From the human T2T-CHM13v2.0 reference genome, Homo sapiens, in assembly GCF_009914755.1 (NCBI RefSeq), contig NC_060933.1: a stretch of 64,000 nucleotides of DNA, one strand, 5' to 3'. Below are positions 56,846 to 64,000 of this stretch, piece by piece. How positions within the stretch are numbered: the stretch's first letter is position 1; each line of letters starts with the position of its first letter. The translations under genes and the position numbers were made by a program. The notes beneath the pieces are model-generated. The model saw only the letters and a program-made list of their open reading frames with translations. It had not been told where the DNA came from and did no database searches.

Positions 56846-57804
56846 TGTCTGAAGCATCTGGAAGTCCTGAGATTTTTGCAGAACATTATGAGATTATTTA
56901 TAAAAATAATAAATCGAATTACTGTGTGCCAAGTCCGAGACTCAGGCACTAACTCATAAAATAACTAAATAATCTAAAACTAAGGTATCATTATAAACTA
57001 GGTTCTACTCTAAGTAAACCATCAGAGATGCCAAAAGTTTAATAAAAATATTGCTGAAGGTTGAATTTTCTATGTTTCAACCTTAAAGTATAGAAAATTC
57101 ATTTCATTTATTTAGTTTTTCTGTGACACAAGAAAGGCTAGCATTGCTTGACTCCAGTAGCAGGGACATCTTGATTCACCCTGTTAAACACTACTGTTTC
57201 ATGGGTGTATAGTTTGTGTCGGAGAATTGGTGCAGATAGACATTTCTGAGTTTTTGTTTTTAAATCAAATTAGAATTGGCATTGTCAGCTCTAGGCTCTC
57301 ATCTACATTTAGTAAATAATAGATTAGGATCACTTTTTTTCACTTCACAATTATATGATTATATTCCATTATGATTTGACTGTAGTTATCCATGGTTTAA
57401 ATCAATCATGAAAAACATTATTTTATCTAAATATCATAATGTATAGGAATATGCATTTGTTCTATGTACACACAGGAAAGTACATCAGGGGATACTCTAA
57501 GAAATTTAAGCCTCAGGCCAAACCTGGGAAATTCAAGCCTCAACCTCAACCTAAGACCAATTAAGTAAATTATTTATATCATTGGCTAAAGTATAAGGGA
57601 GCTAACCTAGTTTAAGGCCATCCAGTGAAAGATCAAATGCTAAATGAGATTATTTACTGATTACCAAAAAACTATCATGTTAATTCAGTAAAGATCTCAT
57701 AATCAAATACATTATCAATGGTACTTCTGGAAAACTGCCTTTGGTGATCACAGATATTAACCTGAACCCAAATATACCCTAAGTAACGTACTAACAACCT
57801 ACTT

Positions 57805-58430
57805 CATACCAGTCTTATTTTTTCCATCTCTACTGCTCCCACCTTAATCTAGGTCACCATAACTCTCCCCAGGCCTACTGAAATATCTGCCCTCAACCTG
57901 GCCTCCTTGCTTCTACTCTAGCCCCTTCTCCAAACTGTACCCCTACAAGGCCCCCAAAGGGATCTCCTTCAAGCACACATCATATCATACCACTCTCTTG
58001 TTTGAAACTCTTTCATACGTTTTAACTGGTCTTAGAATAAAACTGGAACTCTATCATGGCTTGCTGTGCCCTGCCAGTCCCAACCTATCCTAGTACCAAC
58101 CTCTCCATTCCCTTCACTCCAGCCCAACTAATCTCCTTTGTATCCCTTAAATATCCCGAGCTCTTCCCATCAGGGCCTGTGAACTTGCTGTTCCCTCTGT
58201 CCAAAATGCTCCCTTCCAGCTTTGTACACAGTTGACTGCTCTTCACCCTTCAGGTCTTAGCTCATCCATCACCTCCCCCAGTTACCTTCTTGCCCTGTTT
58301 ATTTCCTTCATAGCACTTATAAAGCCTGGTAATTTTGTTATTGTTTGAAGACTGGGACACACTATGAGGACATGAAGTTCCCCTATTCTTTTTTACTACC
58401 TGTGTCAGGCATCATCTCCTTGGAGATGAA
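57805..58430 (+). mobile_element. L2
   Basis: ccatctctactgctcccacc...agggcctgtgaacttgctgttccctctg. Confidence 0.7.
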
Positions 58431-58503
58431 AGGATGGATAAACGGATGGATGGATGGATGGATGGATGGATGGATGGATGGGTGGGTGGGTGGATGGATG
58501 GAA
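58431..58503. repeat. (GGAT)n/(GGGT)n tetranucleotide repeat at the L2 tail
   Basis: ggatggatggat...gggtgggtgggtggatggatg. Confidence 0.95.
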
Positions 58504-58885
58504 TAAACATGCAGTAGATACTTTCTGAATTATTTGACCCAACAACTGGAACCATCCATGAGAAACCGTATTATCACATTTAGCAATGAGTGATTCTGGC
58601 AGGGATGTATATAGGGCAATCCCAGTTTCTCCTGAAGTACATCTCTCCTGGGAATATAAAGAAGCTTTAACTCTGGGACCATTCATATGGCTCTTTCCAC
58701 ATGGTGAGTTCTACTCTTAAAGGAAAAATACTCAATTATGCAAAATTGATAATTCCAAGAGGATAGCCCAGTATTTAATTAGCTATAATATTTGGAGGCA
58801 TAAGGCTATCCTGGTTTTTAATTTTAAGACATCCAATTTATGAAGAAGCTCTTTCAGAGAAAATAAAGTCAACTCAACACAGAAT

Positions 58886-58935
58886 AAGACCACAAGCTCA
58901 AAAAAAAAAAAAAAAAAAAAAAAAAAGACCACAAG
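58886..58935 (+). mobile_element. Tail-only retroinsertion (CTC + A27) with TSD
   Basis: aagaccacaag-ctc-A27-gaccacaag. Confidence 0.75.
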
Positions 58936-59919
58936 TTGCTTCCTTAGATTCCTATATCTGGAACTATTCCTCTAGAGGAGATAGAGCAAATCAAACCTCT
59001 GACAATGTGGAAATCCAGCATGCACTTCATTTTTGTTTATGACACTGGGTCAATCTGACAGAATAGTTTTGTTTTCCCAGTTCTGACTGAATTAAAGAGA
59101 GTTGTGTCTACAGATTATTTTCCCAGAAGTTCCTCTGTATATACAATAGGAAATGCAGGATCAGATCTAGGCAAGGGCTCTTTAAATGTCAGGGCAGTCT
59201 TTCCACATTGAACACCCCTGAGAATGCCAACATGTGTGACCATGCTTTTCCCCATTTTGGGCCATGATGAAGAAATGCTATCCCAAGCCAGCAGAGCAGC
59301 TGAACTCTTTTCTGTAGCTCAACATGAGAAAAACCAACAACCTCTGCAGCATGTCTGCCAAGGAACTGCATGCCTGTTGGCAAGGAGACAGCAGCCTACA
59401 CAGAGGGAAGTTGTAAGAATTAGCCCTTCCATGCATGTGCTAGTGGTAACTCCTGTAAAGAAGTTACTAGGGTCTTCGCTCAGGACATCTCACGGTGCTC
59501 CCTCCTTGAAGGCCCACAGGAGAAATTCCTCCCAGAACTCAGTACCAAGAGAAGCTTTCCTTCTCCTGAAGACTTAGTTTTGTTGTTGCTTCATTTGGCC
59601 TTTTGGATGCTATAAATACTTTAACAGATTATATTATCTCTTTGCTTGTAGGAAGCCCTGAGATTTGCAACCCTCTACACTATCGACATTGGACATTATG
59701 GCATGCATTCTTAACATTTGAACTGTGCCCCGACTTCATCTTGCTTTTTTACTCTTGTTTTCCCTCAATTCTGATTTCGTTAACTAATCTTTGTTCTCTT
59801 GTATCATATATATTTCTATAAATGGTTTCAAATTATTTTGAGAATGAAAATGGCTATTAATGCATAAATACACACAGTGGATTTTAACCCAAACCCTTTA
59901 CGACACTAGTCCTGTAAAA

Positions 59920-60135
59920 AGACAATGTGGCCTCAGACAGACCTGGGCTGGAATCCTGATTCTGTGGATTTCTAGCTCTGTGACGTTGGTTAAGTCGCTC
60001 AATAGTTCCCAGTTTCCATTTCCTCCTCTTTAAACTGAGGCTAGTATCATGTACATTGCATAGTAACTGTGAGAATTAAAGAGAATGTATCTAGAGCATT
60101 GGCACTTAATAATTGTTAAATTAAACTTATTCTTT
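59920..60135 (+). mobile_element. MIR
   Basis: cagacagacctgggctggaatcctgattctg...tagctctgtgacgttggttaagtc. Confidence 0.75.
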
Positions 60136-60373
60136 ATTATTATTAATAGCTATACAGATTGTTACCAAAGAATACTTAAAGACAATGTCTGGCTTATCAT
60201 GTTGACAGGCTTATGAGCACTAACACTATCTACTCATATACCACATTTCTCTCTAACAAAGACCTACAGTTAAACACTTCCATACTAGCTCAATGTCTCC
60301 AAGCCATTCTTTCCAACATGCTAGATTTGTTGCAAGATCCTCTCCCCATTAAGTCTCCCTGTACCATATCCCC

Positions 60374-60838
60374 TGTCGTGGATTGAACTGTGTCTCCCCC
60401 AAAAATATACTGAAGTTCTAATCCCCAATACCTATAATGTGGCCTTATTTGGAAACAAAAGACTTTGCAAATGTAATCAAATTAAGAAGATGTCATACTG
60501 GATTAGGGTAGGTACTAAGTGTAACAGGTAGTGTGCTGATAAGAAGGCCATTGAAGGGCCACGTGAAGGGACACACAGATGCATGAAAAATGTCATGTAA
60601 CTATGGAGGCAGAGATGATGCATCTAGAAACCAAAGAACACTAAGTACTACCAGCAAGTACCAGAAGCTAAAAGAGGCAAGGAAGGATTCTTGTTTAGAG
60701 GCTTTGGCAGAAGCATTATCCTGATGGCACTCTGATTTTGGACTTCCAGACTCTAGGACTATGAGAGAATAAATTTCCATTGTTCTAAGCCACCTAAGTT
60801 ATGGTGATTTGTTATGGCAACCCTAGGAAATGAATACA
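60374..60838 (+). mobile_element. MLT1C-like solo LTR
   Basis: tgtcgtggattgaactgtgtctcccccaaaa...gttatggcaaccctaggaaatgaataca; TSD tcccc/tccca. Confidence 0.85.
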
Positions 60839-61369
60839 TCCCAAAACTCCTACAGCCCCAAGTGGCAGAAGTAAAGAAACCAGGCAAACTTGCAGTCCAA
60901 GTGATGACTGCCAAGAACTCCACACATACATGCCTGGCAGTAAGATGTATTTCATGGGAGGCATATACTAAAATAGCCCAAAGAGTTTGACCATAGTCTT
61001 CAATGAATTAATTCTTCTTTCTGAGCTTAAAAGAATCACATCAACAGGAGGGCATTAGGCCTAGATCAACAATGGCAAATAGAGCTTAACTGAGAATAGC
61101 TGGATTACAGTGTTATGTTCAAAATTCTGTGGAGTCATCTGGGCAAAGACGCAGAGACAAAACAAACAAACAAACAAAACGAAAAAAACAGAAAAAACTC
61201 ATTATCCTTATGCCTGTGACCATCCTCTCCAGTTTCCTCTTCTGCTGCCCACTGTAACATAGCATATTCTTAGGGTTCTGACACAGACCCACTTCATTCC
61301 ATTCCCCATATATTCTCTTTGGACAGACCCACTGATTCTTATAGTCTTACCACTTACAGCTTCTGTGGA

Positions 61370-61860
61370 TACCTTCCAATCTATCTCTCCTGGCAGCATC
61401 AGTCTTCTGCTCTTGTCTAGGCCCATATATCCAACTGCTGGATAGACATCTCCACTTAGCTATCTCAGACAATTCAAAGCAACTTGTCTATAACAGAACT
61501 CACCAGTTGCTCCCCTAAGCCTGCTCCTCCTCCCACAGGCTATCTCTCAGCTGGTGGCACGATCATATACCTAGCTAGAAAACTGAGTTTCTCCCTAGTC
61601 TATTTCCTCCTTCTCACCCCCGCCTCCCATTCCAAATCAATTTCCAAAAGTTGCCAACCTTAACTTCTAAGTAATTGTCTTCTTCTTGATACCTGCTATC
61701 ACTCTCCTAATTCAAACTCTCATCAACTCTTGCCTTTTAAGATTAAGACTGGGTATCACTGCCTCCAGGAACCTCTGCAAGGGACTGTATTTGTCTTGTT
61801 TTCCCTTGTATTCTTGGAATTTGGCATTGTGTCTAACACTGTAGGCAACAGATGATGATG
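61370..61860 (+). mobile_element. L2 fragments
   Basis: cccatatatccaactgc...gacatctccacttag...aacagaactca. Confidence 0.65.
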
Positions 61861-61927
61861 ATAACTATCATTTATTGTCCACATTCTATATTTACACAGT
61901 TATACAATTCTATCAAGAGGTAGAATT

Positions 61928-62267
<340 letters not shown>

Positions 62268-62309
62268 TTAGATTAAAATATACTCATAAGATAAAATACT
62301 GAAATGCAT

Positions 62310-62440
62310 ATCTGTTCATTCAATAAATATTTATTGAGTGTACGCTGTGTGCTAAACACCGGGGATAAAATGGAAAACAAAGAAAACAAACAAGTAAGTG
62401 AGTATATAAATAACTTAATTTCAGACATGGGAAAAAGTCT
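62310..62440 (-). mobile_element. L2 3' end
   Basis: ttcattcaataaatatttattgagtgtacgctgtgtgctaaacac. Confidence 0.7.
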
Positions 62441-64000
62441 AGCATCTCTCAGGAAACCCATTCCAAGCTTCTTCTCAGGCTACCTGCGGGGAGGGATGTT
62501 GGCAGGAAGAAAAGAGACCCCTCCCCACTTAGTCCACCCCCTTGCTCTAGAAGATTATTCCTAGATACCACCCCCAACCTCAGGCATTGTTCAGACACTT
62601 AAGAAATCCTTAAATTTGCAGCATGTGAATCCTCTGCCAGGCTAAGTAAGGCCAACTTAAATTTTTCTATCATAATACCTTTCTTTGTTCTTCAGAAATG
62701 TCAAGAAACCTTATGACCACATGCAAGCTGATGGTAATTAAAAGAAGACACTGTCTTCATCTCCACAACGCCAACTCCTTTTAAAATGTTTACCCAAGAC
62801 AAGAGGACATTTCTGTCCATCACCCACTGCACGCTCATCATTTCTTCCCAATTACAGCCACTCTTGGATGTGATCTAGGAAAAAAATCCACATCTATTCA
62901 CTGAGTAAAGAGAAGGATTATTCTGGTAGGTGACATCCATTTTTCATGCCTGCCATCTGAAATTCTTACTAACATCCTCAGAAGTAAAAGCCCCATTCGG
63001 GCTCAAAAGGACCCAGGGAAATCAACACTGAAATGAGGATATGGATGGAGGCTGTTCTGGTCATCCTAAAACAGAGAGTAGGTTTTACTGATGGTACACG
63101 TTTATTTACTGAGATACTTATTCCATCATGCTACATTTCTTTTTATCAGGGATTCTTTTCCAACAGCTCAAATTATTTCTGGGTGGGAAGTTACTACGTG
63201 CATAATCTTCAGTTGGGCTGGAAAAGACAACTGGATATTAGTTTGTCCAAAGAGCCCCTCTAAGGTTGATAAAATTAAATGACAGCTACAGGGAGCATCA
63301 TGTACAAAAAAGCAGCAAAAGGGGGTGGTGGAGAGGAATGGTCTTAGAACTTCTCAGCAGTTTTGCCTATACAGGTTATTACTGAATCAGATTTGAGAAC
63401 TATAAGAAGTCACACGGCAGTTTTTGATTAAACTAACATTTACTGTGTAAGAAGTGCCACAGATACAAAACTAAGAAAGACACATTTTTCTTCTGGAGGG
63501 GAAGACATATGAATCAACCAAGCAATACAAAACTGTGTGACATCACTAGAGTAGAGGTACGAAAGTGCTCATGATCTGACCAGCCTCGGGGAATCCCAAG
63601 GAGAATGCACCAGAAGTAGTATAGGACATTAAATGGACACCTAAGTTGCCATCTACCACTCTGTTAATTCCCTTAATTTTCCCCGACATCTGACTTTGTC
63701 CTCTCCATATCCCTACACAAAAAGAACCAAACCACCAAATAACTTTACTGTCATTAAGACATGGCTTCATTATCATCATTCAGTCACCCAACAAATAATT
63801 ATTGAGCACCTACTATGGGCCAGGTGCTGTGATAGCCTGGCTCTCTCACAGGCGAGGTCTGGTGAGCCATTTATCCTGGACCTCATATCCATAAAGGGCT
63901 GATAATATAGATTTTTAATATCATCTCCAAATGATATCCTATATACAGTCACACAGATAAACTTCTAGGATTCAACCTCAAAGCATATCACAATTTTTAT

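Overview
Primate (human-like) genomic DNA. The left edge holds the 5' part of the first coding exon of MOB3B on the minus strand: acceptor at 302-303, 198 nt of 5'UTR, ATG at 103, reading [34 protein letters not shown] and running off the window. The supplied ORF track misses it. The other ~63.7 kb is the long 5'UTR intron of MOB3B (from recall, 9p21.2; IFNK, nested on the + strand, and C9orf72 should lie beyond the right edge and are not in this window). The intron is mostly transposon fossils: about 20 Alus, a full-length THE1A provirus, a MER11 solo LTR, several MLT1/MST/LTR16 LTRs, L1PA and old L1M pieces, L2, MIR and hAT/Tigger elements. I see no new protein-coding system; the ORF-track entries are repeat-derived or chance. 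The most notable items are structural: a 16-codon uORF, a 62-bp fold-back hairpin inside an Alu, a sense-oriented THE1A with intact DUX4 motifs, an Alu>MER11>Alu triple nest, an L1PA-Alu fusion, a mosaic Alu trimer, and a tail-only retroinsertion with a TSD. Repeat subfamily names and old-repeat boundaries come from visual recall of consensus sequences and are approximate.
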